DNA of 64,000 bases from a virus. Location: IMG/VR virus record IMGVR_UViG_3300027733_002357. One strand, written 5' to 3'. Shown one piece after another: positions 8,885 to 19,145 of this stretch. How positions within the stretch are numbered: the stretch's first letter is position 1; every line of letters starts with the position of its first letter. A model generated the notes under the pieces. It was given only the letters and a program-made list of their open reading frames with translations, had not been told where the DNA came from and searched no databases. Made by a program: the position numbers and the translations under genes.

Positions 8885-11572
8885 TTATATTAAAAGACCG
8901 AAATTATATAAAGCTGTATTAAGGTCTTTTGCTTGTTGGTCAGTTAGATCTAATCCAAGAAACCCCCATCTCTGTCTACTTTTAACGTAATTCCCTGAAG
9001 CAGCTCCGTTAAGATTATATCTTCCAAAAAAGAATGAACTGTTAGGTAAGGATGAACCTATATCTGTCGTTATAGTACCATATGAAGTTAATGTTCCTGT
9101 ATTTGGTCCATCTACATAAGCTTGAGCAAATGTAGATGATGTTCTTCTAAAAATATAAGATCCGTATGTTCCGTATACGGGGTAAAAAAAGAGTTGTGCA
9201 GAACCCCCCATTGTGAGAACTTTATTAAATCCACCAGCACTAGTATTGAGTAATAGAGTTGTGGAATTACTAACAAAATTAACACCAATTGTTTGTGTTT
9301 GTGTGGGGTCATATTGATAATCTACCCATCTAGCACCAAAGGAAAACCCATTAACAGAAGATTGTGTACCAGGAACGAATCCCGTGTTAAAATGTCCACC
9401 AGTAGAAGTTACGCCACTACCATAATTCCAAGATCCCACAAAGGTACCTGTATAGGAAGATGAAATAAGATTTTGTGAAGCTGATGCAGAACTAGATCCA
9501 ATAAAAGGATATAGTGCCTTCATTTTAGTCCAGAGGCCTTTATTTTTAAGTTCTAAAACTAATAAGTTTACAGCTGCGGCTTCTATTGCTGTAACAGTTC
9601 CTCCTGCTGCATAAACTCTATCTATAAATGATTGAGAATCTGGATCAGAGAAAGAAGGTTTTCCTGCTACTCTTGCCAATGTTGAATTAAAAGCCTGTAG
9701 CCCCGTATACATATTAGTTAATTCAGTAGATGTTAATCCATATTTAGTAACATAAGCTGCTGCTATTCTTGTATTATCAAACACATCGGCATTTCCGTTA
9801 ATATTAATCGCACCTAAATATAAGTTTACGTTGTTTCTAGAAGCAGCGTTCACATTGAATGTAGTTCCTATTTCGTTCTTATAAAGAACTTCTTGTGTAC
9901 TACTTGATCTTGAAGTTTGAAACATACCTAAAGAATCAGTGGATGTAGCTTGACTACTTAGCCATGTGGAATTTATTCCACCGACCATATAACCACTGGT
10001 AAATGGATATATGTAGGAAGAAGGAGAAAATACTGCAATTTGTCCATGAGCTCCATTATTGGAAGCTCTACTTGTATTTAAGTATACACCAAAAGCTCCA
10101 TTATTGTTATCAATTCCATGATTCAGAAAATTGAACCCTGTGTTCATATAAGCGCTAGTTCCATTTGGCGTTACTCCTTGATAATTAAAGGTCCATCCAG
10201 AAGAGAATGCTCCGGTAAAAGAAGAACTTGTTAGGTTTTGTGCACATGAAGCAGAAGTTCCTCCTACCATAGGATAAACTGCAGATAGTCTAGTCCAAAG
10301 CCCATTATTTTTCAAATAAGATACTAAAGAAGCCAATGCTATTAATTCATTTCTACTTACAGTTCCTCCTGCCGCATATATTCTTAAGAGGAAGTTAGTT
10401 AAATCCGGGTCGTACGCAAGTACGGGGGCTTTTCCCCTAGAAAGGGCATTTTGAAATTTCTCTATAGTGGTAGATAGATTGAGTGCATCAGTATCTGTTA
10501 ATGAAGATCCTGCAGTAGCAAATGAAATTATCCCAGTGTAATTAGTATTTGTAACCCCTCCGAGGTAATATGTATTACCTATTAGTAACGAAAGTGAAGT
10601 TGCTGTTCCCACAGTACCCGTAGCAGTATTATTCAAGCTCCCATTTACATAAGCTTTAAGGGATGTTTTACTTCCTGTTGTTGTATTTATGAAATGTCCA
10701 AATGATGTATTGAAAAACGGGGTAATAGGTAGATCCGGACCACTATTATACCAATAATCGTAAGTATTAACATATCCGTTAGTTCCTGTTAATGATATAT
10801 TAATTTGGTAAGTCGTAACAGCTCCGTCACTATCATAACCATCCCATACGCCCATTAATATACTGCCACTATTAACTCTTGAATCAGTAGCACAATAAAC
10901 AGAGATATGATTATCTTCCGTCGCACTGGCACCGATAGGTATTCCAGTATCAGCATAAGCTGCTGAAATAGGAGTTACCGCTTGCATTCCTTCTGATGTG
11001 TGTGTCCACCCGCTAGAGAATGATATAGGATACGTACTTGGATTTTTTAGATTTTTACTATGTGCAGTAGCATTACCTCCTATGATAGGATAAACAGCTG
11101 TCATCTTAGTCCAAAGATTCTGTAATTTCAGATTTGTAACTAAATTATTGATTGCCATTTTTTGTGCGGCATCGGTTATTGCTGCAGAAGTTATAAATGT
11201 TTGGGCATCAGCATCTAGATAGTTAGTCCAGTACCCATTAGATACAAGGTAAGTTCTAGCAGCAGCTGCATCGGCAAAAGTTTGCCCTGTTACTATCTTA
11301 GATAAAGTTATAAATTCACTATCATTTTTAGCGGTAGTTACGAAAAATTTAACAGTAGCTGTATTACCTATAGGAGATGGCATATTCCCTGCGGGGACTG
11401 GAATAGCTATAATATATCCGGTATCTTCATCTGGACCCATCCACCATGTTAATCCTCCTGGTTTAGATGAAAAATCAGTAGAGAATGCACCAACAGATAG
11501 AGTTGAAAAGTTATCTGCACAGTATATTGTTCCCTGTGATGAATTATATGCGAAAGGTCTACTAGTTGCCAT
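8885..11572 (-). CDS. large fibre-like protein, 'RPFAYNS' N-terminal domain plus three internal ~160-aa repeats
   Basis: N-terminus MATSRPFAYN..GGLTWWMGPDEDTGY shared with neighbours; three repeats of 'AAGGTV...LK..GLWTK..A.YP.GG...A.QNL'; T/S/G/N-rich. Confidence 0.55.
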   Translation of the reverse strand: MATSRPFAYNSSQGTIYCADNFSTLSVGAFSTDFSSKPGGLTWWMGPDEDTGYIIAIPVPAGNMPSPIGNTATVKFFVTTAKNDSEFITLSKIVTGQTFADAAAARTYLVSNGYWTNYLDADAQTFITSAAITDAAQKMAINNLVTNLKLQNLWTKMTAVYPIIGGNATAHSKNLKNPSTYPISFSSGWTHTSEGMQAVTPISAAYADTGIPIGASATEDNHISVYCATDSRVNSGSILMGVWDGYDSDGAVTTYQINISLTGTNGYVNTYDYWYNSGPDLPITPFFNTSFGHFINTTTGSKTSLKAYVNGSLNNTATGTVGTATSLSLLIGNTYYLGGVTNTNYTGIISFATAGSSLTDTDALNLSTTIEKFQNALSRGKAPVLAYDPDLTNFLLRIYAAGGTVSRNELIALASLVSYLKNNGLWTRLSAVYPMVGGTSASCAQNLTSSSFTGAFSSGWTFNYQGVTPNGTSAYMNTGFNFLNHGIDNNNGAFGVYLNTSRASNNGAHGQIAVFSPSSYIYPFTSGYMVGGINSTWLSSQATSTDSLGMFQTSRSSSTQEVLYKNEIGTTFNVNAASRNNVNLYLGAININGNADVFDNTRIAAAYVTKYGLTSTELTNMYTGLQAFNSTLARVAGKPSFSDPDSQSFIDRVYAAGGTVTAIEAAAVNLLVLELKNKGLWTKMKALYPFIGSSSASASQNLISSSYTGTFVGSWNYGSGVTSTGGHFNTGFVPGTQSSVNGFSFGARWVDYQYDPTQTQTIGVNFVSNSTTLLLNTSAGGFNKVLTMGGSAQLFFYPVYGTYGSYIFRRTSSTFAQAYVDGPNTGTLTSYGTITTDIGSSLPNSSFFFGRYNLNGAASGNYVKSRQRWGFLGLDLTDQQAKDLNTALYNFGLLI

Positions 11573-11583
11573 ATATTATTATT

Positions 11584-12636
11584 TTATAAACCAAATCTTG
11601 ATTTTTGTGCATTGTAATTCGTTAAGACGTTAGGTCCAGATAATGCAGTATTATATATTTGCATTCCTCCAAATCTCATGTTAGCATACGTTCCATCACC
11701 AAGACTTGTACCATCAATCGAAGCTACTGCGTAATGTAATCCTACGCCTCCTCCGTTATTATAAGGTGTCTGTCTGGTTATTGTACCAGAAGTCACTGCC
11801 AATGAACCATTAACATATCCTCTTAAATTTGTTCCGTCATAAGTGAATCCAACATAGTACCAGTTATTTAAGGGTGTTGAAATAGACGATGATAAGTTTT
11901 GTACGGCACCAGTCCAAACTGAAAATTTAATTGTTCCCGCAACCATCTCTATTTGAGAATCGTGCCACGATGTGTTTGGTGTGGTCTGACCTAATTCTGC
12001 TACTATAACGCCATTATCCATTGGATATACCCAAACAAATATCGATAATACTGTTGACGTATTTACTGGTGACAATTTAGAATTTAGCGAGGTGTTAGTA
12101 ACGAAGTATTGATTGCTCCCATTAAATGTTAAGTAACCCCCTCCAGAAGAGGTATACGTTGGGCTATTTGCTGTTGTAGCATTGCTGTTCCCTTGTAAGT
12201 CTGTTATTGTTGTACCAGTCCCTGGATATGATACCGAATCACTAATATTATAGTTTAATATAAGTCCGGATGATACTATTGAAGGATAGGAAGTCCAGTA
12301 ACCATTAGTTGATAGCCAAGTTAGTGCATCATTTACTGTTGCTTGTGACGTACCACTTATATAATTTACTGTATTTACAAAAGCAGTATCGTTTTTTGCG
12401 CATCTTCTAAAAAATACTGTTCCTACGTTTCCTAGCTGTGTGGGATAGTTACCAGCTGGAAAATCTTTTGCTATAACATAACCAAGATCTTCGTCTGGAC
12501 CCATCCACCATGTTAGCCCTCCAGGTTTACTACTATAATCTAACGAAGAGACACCAATAGATAATGTTCCAGTGTTAGTAGTGCCACTGATCGATGACTG
12601 AGTCGGATTATATGCAAATGGTCTGGTAGTTGCCAT
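11584..12636 (-). CDS. LamG-domain protein with 'RPFAYNP' N-terminal domain
   Basis: MATTRPFAYNP...GGLTWWMGPDEDLGYVIA; C-terminal LamG pattern (NNWYYVGFTYDGTNLRGYVNGS); ends RFGL like 6523..8097. Confidence 0.55.
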   Translation of the reverse strand: MATTRPFAYNPTQSSISGTTNTGTLSIGVSSLDYSSKPGGLTWWMGPDEDLGYVIAKDFPAGNYPTQLGNVGTVFFRRCAKNDTAFVNTVNYISGTSQATVNDALTWLSTNGYWTSYPSIVSSGLILNYNISDSVSYPGTGTTITDLQGNSNATTANSPTYTSSGGGYLTFNGSNQYFVTNTSLNSKLSPVNTSTVLSIFVWVYPMDNGVIVAELGQTTPNTSWHDSQIEMVAGTIKFSVWTGAVQNLSSSISTPLNNWYYVGFTYDGTNLRGYVNGSLAVTSGTITRQTPYNNGGGVGLHYAVASIDGTSLGDGTYANMRFGGMQIYNTALSGPNVLTNYNAQKSRFGL

Positions 12637-12723
12637 ATATTATATATCCCCTTATATTAACCATAGGTGTTAGAATAGACATTATTGTTGCAGGTATAAG
12701 AATATATAATATAAAAGATTCCA

Positions 12724-13065
12724 ATGAAGGAGTTGGTGATGATTAATGTTACTAAAGATGACTATTTTAAATTTATAGTTAACTTTGGTATTATCCCAAC
12801 TCTTATATTATTGGATAAATTTGAGAAGCTTGAACTATATGAAGAGTGCTCTAAAATAGTTAAAGCTATAGATGCTATAAACAAGAAAGTTAAGGTATAC
12901 AAAGAAACACGCCTTACTGAAAGCATTCTTAATGAGGTCGTTGAAGATTATAGAAAACTTGGAATAGAAGATATGAATAGGGAGAAGTTAATAGAAAGAT
13001 GCGAAAGATATGCTTCTATGTTTATTCTAGAGAATTCATACATTAAATATAGACAATTAGCATGA
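12724..13065 (+). CDS. hypothetical protein
   Basis: 113-aa ORF overlapping the downstream DUF1566 gene by ATGA. Confidence 0.4.
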   Translation: MKELVMINVTKDDYFKFIVNFGIIPTLILLDKFEKLELYEECSKIVKAIDAINKKVKVYKETRLTESILNEVVEDYRKLGIEDMNREKLIERCERYASMFILENSYIKYRQLA

Positions 13066-13376
13066 GAATTGGCAATATAGAAATTTCTGATAAAAGGTTT
13101 AAAGATATCACTTTTAAGAGTGCTAAAAAAGCATGTGAAATTCTTGGCGATGACTGGCGTTTACCTACTGAGATAGAAATGGTAGGAATATTTAATCTTC
13201 TAGATTATTTAGGAGTGGATAAGAGAATTGGAAATTTTGGGAAACCAGATAAAGCAATTATTTATTGGACAGCAGAGAGAACTGTTGTAGATCTGGACAG
13301 AGGTGGTATTTACGGAATTGATACTATAGATTCTTCTGCTTCTATCTTCTGTTCTTTGATGGTTAGAGATATTTAA
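13062..13376 (+). CDS. DUF1566-like small protein, paralog 3
   Basis: 'DDWRLPTEIEMVGIF' and 'YWTAE...MVRDI'. Confidence 0.6.
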   Translation: MRIGNIEISDKRFKDITFKSAKKACEILGDDWRLPTEIEMVGIFNLLDYLGVDKRIGNFGKPDKAIIYWTAERTVVDLDRGGIYGIDTIDSSASIFCSLMVRDI

Positions 13377-13389
13377 TAGATAATTCCAG

Positions 13390-13427
13390 AAATCATTTTT
13401 TTATTCATATAGTTATTTCTATATTTG
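13390..13427 (+). promoter_or_regulatory. conserved promoter: AAATCATTTTTTT, 17 nt ending TTTC, TATATTTG (-7 box)
   Basis: Read directly in sequence; same architecture upstream of 7 other genes. Confidence 0.6.
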
Positions 13428-13446
13428 AATTATAAATTTAAACGTC

Positions 13447-13782
13447 ATGGAAAAAAACACAGCACAAGTTCTTAACAACATTCCAGTAGGAATGGGATTA
13501 AAAGAATATTTTAACTCTTTGGATGCTTTCCAAAAGAGAGATCTAATCGACGAAATTAAAGAAATCGCTGCTTACTGGGTTTCTAAGTCTAAAAAAATGC
13601 TACCTTTGGCAATTCTTTCTTACTTATGTTCTTTTGTGTGTTATTTTGGAACTGATCAATCTTGGGCTGGATGGTATCTTTTTGCTATCAATATCCCTTT
13701 GACTTTTATCCTATTCTTACATTACAGAAAAGCATACAAATATTCTATTGCTGCTAATATTCTGGAAAAAGAGTTAGTATAG
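13447..13782 (+). CDS. small membrane protein (2 TM)
   Basis: Hydrophobic segments; preceded by the conserved promoter. Confidence 0.45.
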   Translation: MEKNTAQVLNNIPVGMGLKEYFNSLDAFQKRDLIDEIKEIAAYWVSKSKKMLPLAILSYLCSFVCYFGTDQSWAGWYLFAINIPLTFILFLHYRKAYKYSIAANILEKELV

Positions 13783-13809
13783 TAATAAGATATCACTGAT
13801 ATATAAAGA

Positions 13810-14409
13810 ATGAAGCACTTATCTTTATACGAGAATCATAAATCAGATCAGTTTAGTTCAGAGAATGATCTTGTAAATTTTCTAATAGCTAATGATATTC
13901 CTGTAGAACAATGGGGGAAGGGAGCAGCAAAAACTGTTAAACACCTTTACAACGAAATATTGGAAAAAGAAAGTGTTTTATCGTATATTGATGGTAAGTT
14001 AATAAGAAGTATAGAATTCGTTAGTGCACAGATATTCTACGATAGCCCTGGTGGTGTTTTAAAGCTGGTAGAGGAAAAACAGATATTCAAAGATGGTAGA
14101 GTTAGATCCAGATATTTAGAAAGCTCGGTTTCGGAGAAAATGAAAGCTGACGAGGGTCCAAGGAATAGTATTATTAGGGGAATAGAAGAGGAGCTTAAAA
14201 TATCTATATCAATGGATCAGATAGAGGCGAATGGAAATATAGATGAGACTGAAGAGTCTAATTCTTATCCTGGACTTCTTACACGTTATAATGGATATAA
14301 ATATAAAATAGAGCTCAGATCTCATCAATATAGGCCTGAAGGATATATTGAACATCAAAGAGATAAGTCTACATATTTCAAATGGGAAATATACGACTGG
14401 GAGAGGTAA
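13810..14409 (+). CDS. hypothetical protein with the N-terminal leader (MKHLSLYENH)
   Basis: Leader-family N-terminus. Confidence 0.5.
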   Translation: MKHLSLYENHKSDQFSSENDLVNFLIANDIPVEQWGKGAAKTVKHLYNEILEKESVLSYIDGKLIRSIEFVSAQIFYDSPGGVLKLVEEKQIFKDGRVRSRYLESSVSEKMKADEGPRNSIIRGIEEELKISISMDQIEANGNIDETEESNSYPGLLTRYNGYKYKIELRSHQYRPEGYIEHQRDKSTYFKWEIYDWER

Positions 14410-14717
14410 AAGAAACTTTTAATGTAATTTGGTATAGGATATTATACACAATCTAAAACGCCTCATTATGGGAATTTTTAAAAATGTATTTCTAACCCTC
14501 GGTTTTAACATCAATGTAAATTTCAAAAATCTTGTCCAAGTTAGGAGAGCTAAAATGATCGAGGAAGGTTACGATGTCTCTTCTATTAATTGGGATTTGT
14601 ATGCTAGAGTATTAGAGGCTAAGAGAGAAATGCTATCTAAAGAGTAAAAAAGCGTAAGAATTAAGGAAAGTAATAAAATCTTTTTTGGTATTTGGATATA
14701 TAATAAAAAAGAAATTG

Positions 14718-16238
14718 ATGAAATCAAATATATTAGACTTTCGAAGCTATAATAGATTATACGAACAAGAAGCTGGAATAAACGATCCAAAGCCTGCAGC
14801 AGGAACAACCGGAGCAGCAGGAACAACTGGAGCAGCAGGAACAACTGGAGCAGCAGGAACAACTGGAACAACAGGAGCTGCTAAACCTGAAGAGAAAGGA
14901 GCAACATCAGGGGCAGTAAAAACTGTTAGTGAGATCGTATCATTATTCTTTAAATGCTACATGTTCGTAGCAACTAAGGCTTCTAATTATCCCGACGTAC
15001 TTGCAGATCTATTATCTGTATCTGAAGAAAAAGACCCAACTAAAAGAGCAGAAACTATGGAGTCTGTAATTAAAAAGGTTACAGATAAAGTTGATGCTAA
15101 ATATGCAACAGTAAAAGATGATGCTAACAAAGCAGCTTCAGCGATTAAGGATTTATATAATGAAGTTGCTTCGACAGAGGAGGCTAAGAAATATAACAAT
15201 GTGATTAATAAAATGGTTACTAGCAAGATCATAAGCTACCAAGACATTCTTAAAAATCAGCCATTAAAAGAGAATAGAAATGTATCACCTTATAAGAATC
15301 TATTAGGATTTGATAATTACAATTATCCTTCCCTTTACGAGAAAAATACATTTGATGACCAAAGAGATGCTCTTAGTGATAAGATGAAATCACTCTATTC
15401 TGAAATGGTATCACAACAGAAAAATCCTAGTAGTGATGGTTTAAAAGCTAAAGCTGTTGAGGTTATCGGTAAGTTTGATGAATATCAAAAATTACTTTCA
15501 GACAAAGGTGCATGGGAGAAAATGAATAGAAGGGAGAGAAAGGATAAGCTCGAATCTATGAATGCAGAGATTGATGATATTATCCAAAAAACTAACGAGG
15601 TTCAAAAATCAGAATTAACTAAGATAGGTGTAGATAAGAAAGTAGCAGATACAATGTCTACTATTATTACAAGTATAAATGCTATGTCTGATAAAGCTAA
15701 AGCAATTGACGATAAAGCAATTGCTGATGCTAAAGCATCTGAAGGAGCTAAAGTAGAATACAAAGTTGGCGACGTAGTTAAATATAAAAGGGAAAACGGA
15801 GAGGAAGCTCAAAGTGAAATAGTTAAAATTGAAGGTGATAAAATATTCTTTAAAGATAAAGAAGGAAAAGAATTCACTAAAGATAAAAAAGAAATTACTG
15901 GAAAAGTTGAAGGTGCAAAAAAAGCGGAAGAAGGAGGAAAGGATATTAAGAGCGGTAATGTAGAAAAAGAAAATGTTAAAAAAGATGGACCTAATGCAGG
16001 AGTGATTAAGAAATTCCAAGAGGATTATAATAATTTAGGAATAGGCGTAAAATTAACAACTGATGGAGCATATGGTAGAAATACAGAGAAAGCCATAGTT
16101 AAAGTTGCTAACATGATTAAGAGCTTATCCGGAAAAGAGGTTAAGGTTGATGGAGGTAAAATACTTACTGGAGAACTTCAAGGATTACTTAAAAAACTAA
16201 TAGAGAATAAGGATAAGATCAGTGGTCTTTTAGGATAA
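14718..16238 (+). CDS. protein with (AAGTTG)n repeat and C-terminal PG_binding_1-like domain; N-terminal leader variant (MKSNILDFRSY)
   Basis: Internal ATG; C-terminal 'LTTDGAYGRNTEKAIVKVANMIK' peptidoglycan-binding-like motif; K/E-rich. Confidence 0.5.
   Translation: MKSNILDFRSYNRLYEQEAGINDPKPAAGTTGAAGTTGAAGTTGAAGTTGTTGAAKPEEKGATSGAVKTVSEIVSLFFKCYMFVATKASNYPDVLADLLSVSEEKDPTKRAETMESVIKKVTDKVDAKYATVKDDANKAASAIKDLYNEVASTEEAKKYNNVINKMVTSKIISYQDILKNQPLKENRNVSPYKNLLGFDNYNYPSLYEKNTFDDQRDALSDKMKSLYSEMVSQQKNPSSDGLKAKAVEVIGKFDEYQKLLSDKGAWEKMNRRERKDKLESMNAEIDDIIQKTNEVQKSELTKIGVDKKVADTMSTIITSINAMSDKAKAIDDKAIADAKASEGAKVEYKVGDVVKYKRENGEEAQSEIVKIEGDKIFFKDKEGKEFTKDKKEITGKVEGAKKAEEGGKDIKSGNVEKENVKKDGPNAGVIKKFQEDYNNLGIGVKLTTDGAYGRNTEKAIVKVANMIKSLSGKEVKVDGGKILTGELQGLLKKLIENKDKISGLLG
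14796..14882 (+). repeat. 18-nt tandem repeat (GCAGCAGGAACAACTGGA, about 4.8 copies) encoding AAGTTG repeats
   Basis: Perfect tandem copies visible in sequence. Confidence 0.8.
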
Positions 16239-16246
16239 ATTTTACA

Positions 16247-16278
16247 AACCCTAGAATTTTAAAGTTCTAGGGTTTTTT
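16247..16278 (+). terminator. rho-independent terminator (AACCCTAGAA...TTCTAGGGTT plus T6)
   Basis: 10-bp stem then T-run, right after the stop at 16238. Confidence 0.7.
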
Positions 16279-16341
16279 GTGAGCATTGGCAGAAACTTAA
16301 GATTCATTTTGTGGTATAAATTAATATTAGTAAAAAGATCT

Positions 16342-17052
16342 ATGACCAATTTTAATTTCGAAGAATTTATTGCTCCTTATAAGGATGATCTATTCAATTC
16401 TGGCAAATCCAGATATCACAACTATGAGTATGTTATAAAAAAGCTCGTAGCAAAGAACAAGCCACTTGTTATTATAGAGACCGGTACTATGTGGAGCGGT
16501 ATAGAAGATAATATGGGTGCTTTCACATTAGTTTTTGCAGATTTAATTAAAAATTGGACTGGTGGTAAACTAATCACTATAGACATATCTGAAAAATCTA
16601 TTAACAATTGTAAGGAGACAACTAAAGATTACGCGGATGTTATCGATTACGTTCTTTCTGACTCAGTTGCTTATTTAAAGTCTATGACTGACGAAGAGGT
16701 TAAGAATGTTGATTACATCTATTTTGATTCTTATGATTTATTTGTTCCTGACCCTACACCGTCGCAGTTACATCACTATAGAGAATTGGATGCGGTTTAT
16801 TCTAGGCTATCCGATGATATTATTTTGTCAGTGGATGATAACTTCCTACCTAACACATGGGTTGAATGGCACACATACGATAAAAACACAGGAGATATTA
16901 CAGATCGTACAAGATACGATGTTGGAAATAGAATATTAGGAAAAGGAACTCTTATTGATCTGTTTCTATTACAGGAGGGTTGGAAAAGATATGATGATTT
17001 TTTACATATTGATACTGTTCATTTGCTTACATATGAAAAATCGGCTATCTAA
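16342..17052 (+). CDS. class I SAM-dependent methyltransferase (sugar O-methyltransferase-like)
   Basis: 'VIIETGTMWSG' motif I; start chosen at MTNFNF (internal ATG), start uncertain. Confidence 0.45.
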   Translation: MTNFNFEEFIAPYKDDLFNSGKSRYHNYEYVIKKLVAKNKPLVIIETGTMWSGIEDNMGAFTLVFADLIKNWTGGKLITIDISEKSINNCKETTKDYADVIDYVLSDSVAYLKSMTDEEVKNVDYIYFDSYDLFVPDPTPSQLHHYRELDAVYSRLSDDIILSVDDNFLPNTWVEWHTYDKNTGDITDRTRYDVGNRILGKGTLIDLFLLQEGWKRYDDFLHIDTVHLLTYEKSAI

Positions 17053-17938
17053 AGAAGATGTTTCTTCTATATTAATAAATTATTATAGCGAATTAAATTC
17101 TAATAAGTCATTCAGAGAAACTTTTAGTGCTAATTCGATTTTCAATTATAACAGTACTATGATCCTATCAGGGGATCGTAGAGGTGCTTTAGGAGATTCA
17201 GTAATACTATCATCAGTTATTGAAAATAAAAAAATTAATAATAAATTGCTATATGATTTAAATTTGGATTTAGATATATTTTCCACAGATAAATTTACAG
17301 AAGATGAGGAATTAGATATAGCTGAAATTGCAAAATATAACTGGGGAGGTGGACATTGCACACAACGCATTCAAAGGGCATTAGGATTACCTATAAGTGT
17401 TCGCCCATGTCCTATATTAAAAAAAGATAAAAAGCCTTTTAAAGGCTACGTATTTGTACATCTAACTACTGATACAGACTGGAAAAGAAACACGCCGAAT
17501 AGTTTAGATTTAGACGTACATAATACTGTATTTGAATTTTTTAAAATCAATAAACATCTAACACCTTATTATTTTAAAAACGATCTTCCTTTGTCTCTTC
17601 TTTTTACAATCATGTCCAAATGTGAATACTTCTTGGGTATAGATAGTGGGCCGATGCACTTAGCTTCTGGATTAGGTTTGAAGTCTATTATAGTCATAAA
17701 TAATGTCGGAAATAACATATACTTGCCAAGAATCAAAGAGTGTGACATTCCTAATTCCGAGTGGCTTTATCCACAGAATGTACATCTTAATACGAAGGGC
17801 GAAAATCAGCTAGTTCCTTCTTTTTCTTTAGAGAATCTTTCTAAGGCTTTTGAAGGAGAAATTTATCCTTATTTTTCTGATGAATATTTGCCTCTATATT
17901 TAGAACAAAATCTCGATTACAACAAAACCACAGTTTAA
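17033..17938 (+). CDS. GT9-like (heptosyltransferase-family) glycosyltransferase
   Basis: 'GIDSGPMHLASGLGL' matches the GT9 D(S/T)GPMHLAAA motif; start uncertain (ORF opens at 16955). Confidence 0.5.
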   Translation: MKNRLSKEDVSSILINYYSELNSNKSFRETFSANSIFNYNSTMILSGDRRGALGDSVILSSVIENKKINNKLLYDLNLDLDIFSTDKFTEDEELDIAEIAKYNWGGGHCTQRIQRALGLPISVRPCPILKKDKKPFKGYVFVHLTTDTDWKRNTPNSLDLDVHNTVFEFFKINKHLTPYYFKNDLPLSLLFTIMSKCEYFLGIDSGPMHLASGLGLKSIIVINNVGNNIYLPRIKECDIPNSEWLYPQNVHLNTKGENQLVPSFSLENLSKAFEGEIYPYFSDEYLPLYLEQNLDYNKTTV

Positions 17939-18483
17939 TGGAAAATATACATTTATGGCATGCTGATAGAGGAACTTATTTTGACAGAAATGCAAATATA
18001 ATTTCTTGGAGTGATGAATATAAGATTGTTCTTGGTAAATATAATTCTGTGGGTAGAGATTGTAATTTTTTTCTGCACGCAAACCACAGACCAGATTGGG
18101 TAACCACTAGCTCTCAGCTTTTAGGTCCAGTCAATCAGGAAATAGCAGAAATGCACATGAGTATGGGACATCCGTCGTGTAAGGGAGATATCATTATTGA
18201 AAATGATGTGTGGATCGGCGCTAAATCTACTATTATGTCAGGAGTAAGGATATGCAACGGGGCAGTTATTGGAGGAGGATCTGTTGTCACTAAGGATGTT
18301 CCACCTTATGCTATCGTTGCTGGTAATCCTGCTAAGGTTGTAAAAATGAGATTTAGCGAAATTCAGATAAAAGAACTACTTAACATTTCTTGGTGGAATT
18401 GGGAGGAGGATAAAATAAAAGAAAACGCTATGCTAATGTGGTGTGATAACATAGATGAATTTATTAATAAATTTAGAGTATAA
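17938..18483 (+). CDS. hexapeptide-repeat acetyltransferase (xenobiotic/Vat-like)
   Basis: Left-handed beta-helix repeats 'VWIGAKSTIMSGVRICNGAVIGGGSVV...AGNPAKVV'. Confidence 0.6.
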   Translation: MENIHLWHADRGTYFDRNANIISWSDEYKIVLGKYNSVGRDCNFFLHANHRPDWVTTSSQLLGPVNQEIAEMHMSMGHPSCKGDIIIENDVWIGAKSTIMSGVRICNGAVIGGGSVVTKDVPPYAIVAGNPAKVVKMRFSEIQIKELLNISWWNWEEDKIKENAMLMWCDNIDEFINKFRV

Positions 18484-18488
18484 TTTAC

Positions 18489-19145
18489 ATGGAGCATTTA
18501 AATACTTTAGTAATACTTGGATCATATTCTTTAGCAAGAGAATTCTATTTTCATACAATAGAATCTACATCACAATACCAAGATTTTATATTTGTTAATG
18601 ATCTAGATGATGGTCAATTTGAAGTGTTTTTAAACAATAAAAATTATAATGTTGTAAAGGATTGGAAATTTGATGAATCTTATCCATTTATAGTTGCAAT
18701 AGGAAATCCTCAGATAAAAATGAGGATGGTAGAAATGGCATTAGAATCTGGTCTTTATCCAGCTGAAACGGTAATACATCCAACAGCGAGAGTACAAGAT
18801 AAAGAAACATGTAAAATCGGGAAAGGTGGATTAATATCCCCAAACTGTATATTAACAACTAATATCTCCGTTGGTGATTACGTAACACTGAATCTTGCCA
18901 CGACTGTTGGACATGATACAAAGATAGGTAATTTTTCAACAACTAATCCAGGAGTCCATATATCTGGATTTGTTAATATAGGAGAAAGAGTAGAAATAGG
19001 TACAGGAGCATGTATAAAAAATAACACTAATATCGCATCTGATAATATGATAGGAGCTCAATGTGTTGTAGTTAAACATATAGAGGATAGTGATGGTGTT
19101 TATATTGGGGTTCCTTCTAAAAAATTAAGATCATTAAAAAAATGA
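18489..19145 (+). CDS. PglD/NeuD-like sugar N-acetyltransferase (hexapeptide)
   Basis: N-terminal Rossmann-like segment plus C-terminal hexapeptide repeats (IGNFSTTNPGVHISGFVNIGERVEIGTGACI). Confidence 0.5.
   Translation: MEHLNTLVILGSYSLAREFYFHTIESTSQYQDFIFVNDLDDGQFEVFLNNKNYNVVKDWKFDESYPFIVAIGNPQIKMRMVEMALESGLYPAETVIHPTARVQDKETCKIGKGGLISPNCILTTNISVGDYVTLNLATTVGHDTKIGNFSTTNPGVHISGFVNIGERVEIGTGACIKNNTNIASDNMIGAQCVVVKHIEDSDGVYIGVPSKKLRSLKK

Noticed and set aside
6072-9312. Short antisense ORFs 6072..6275, 7212..7394, 8390..8620, 9112..9312
   Set aside because: Each is fully embedded antisense in a longer, motif-supported gene.
14569-16019. Minus-strand ORFs 14569..14871, 14987..15232, 15615..16019
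   Set aside because: Antisense to the repeat-containing 14718..16238 gene. Composition-driven (Leu/Phe-rich nonsense). Rejected.
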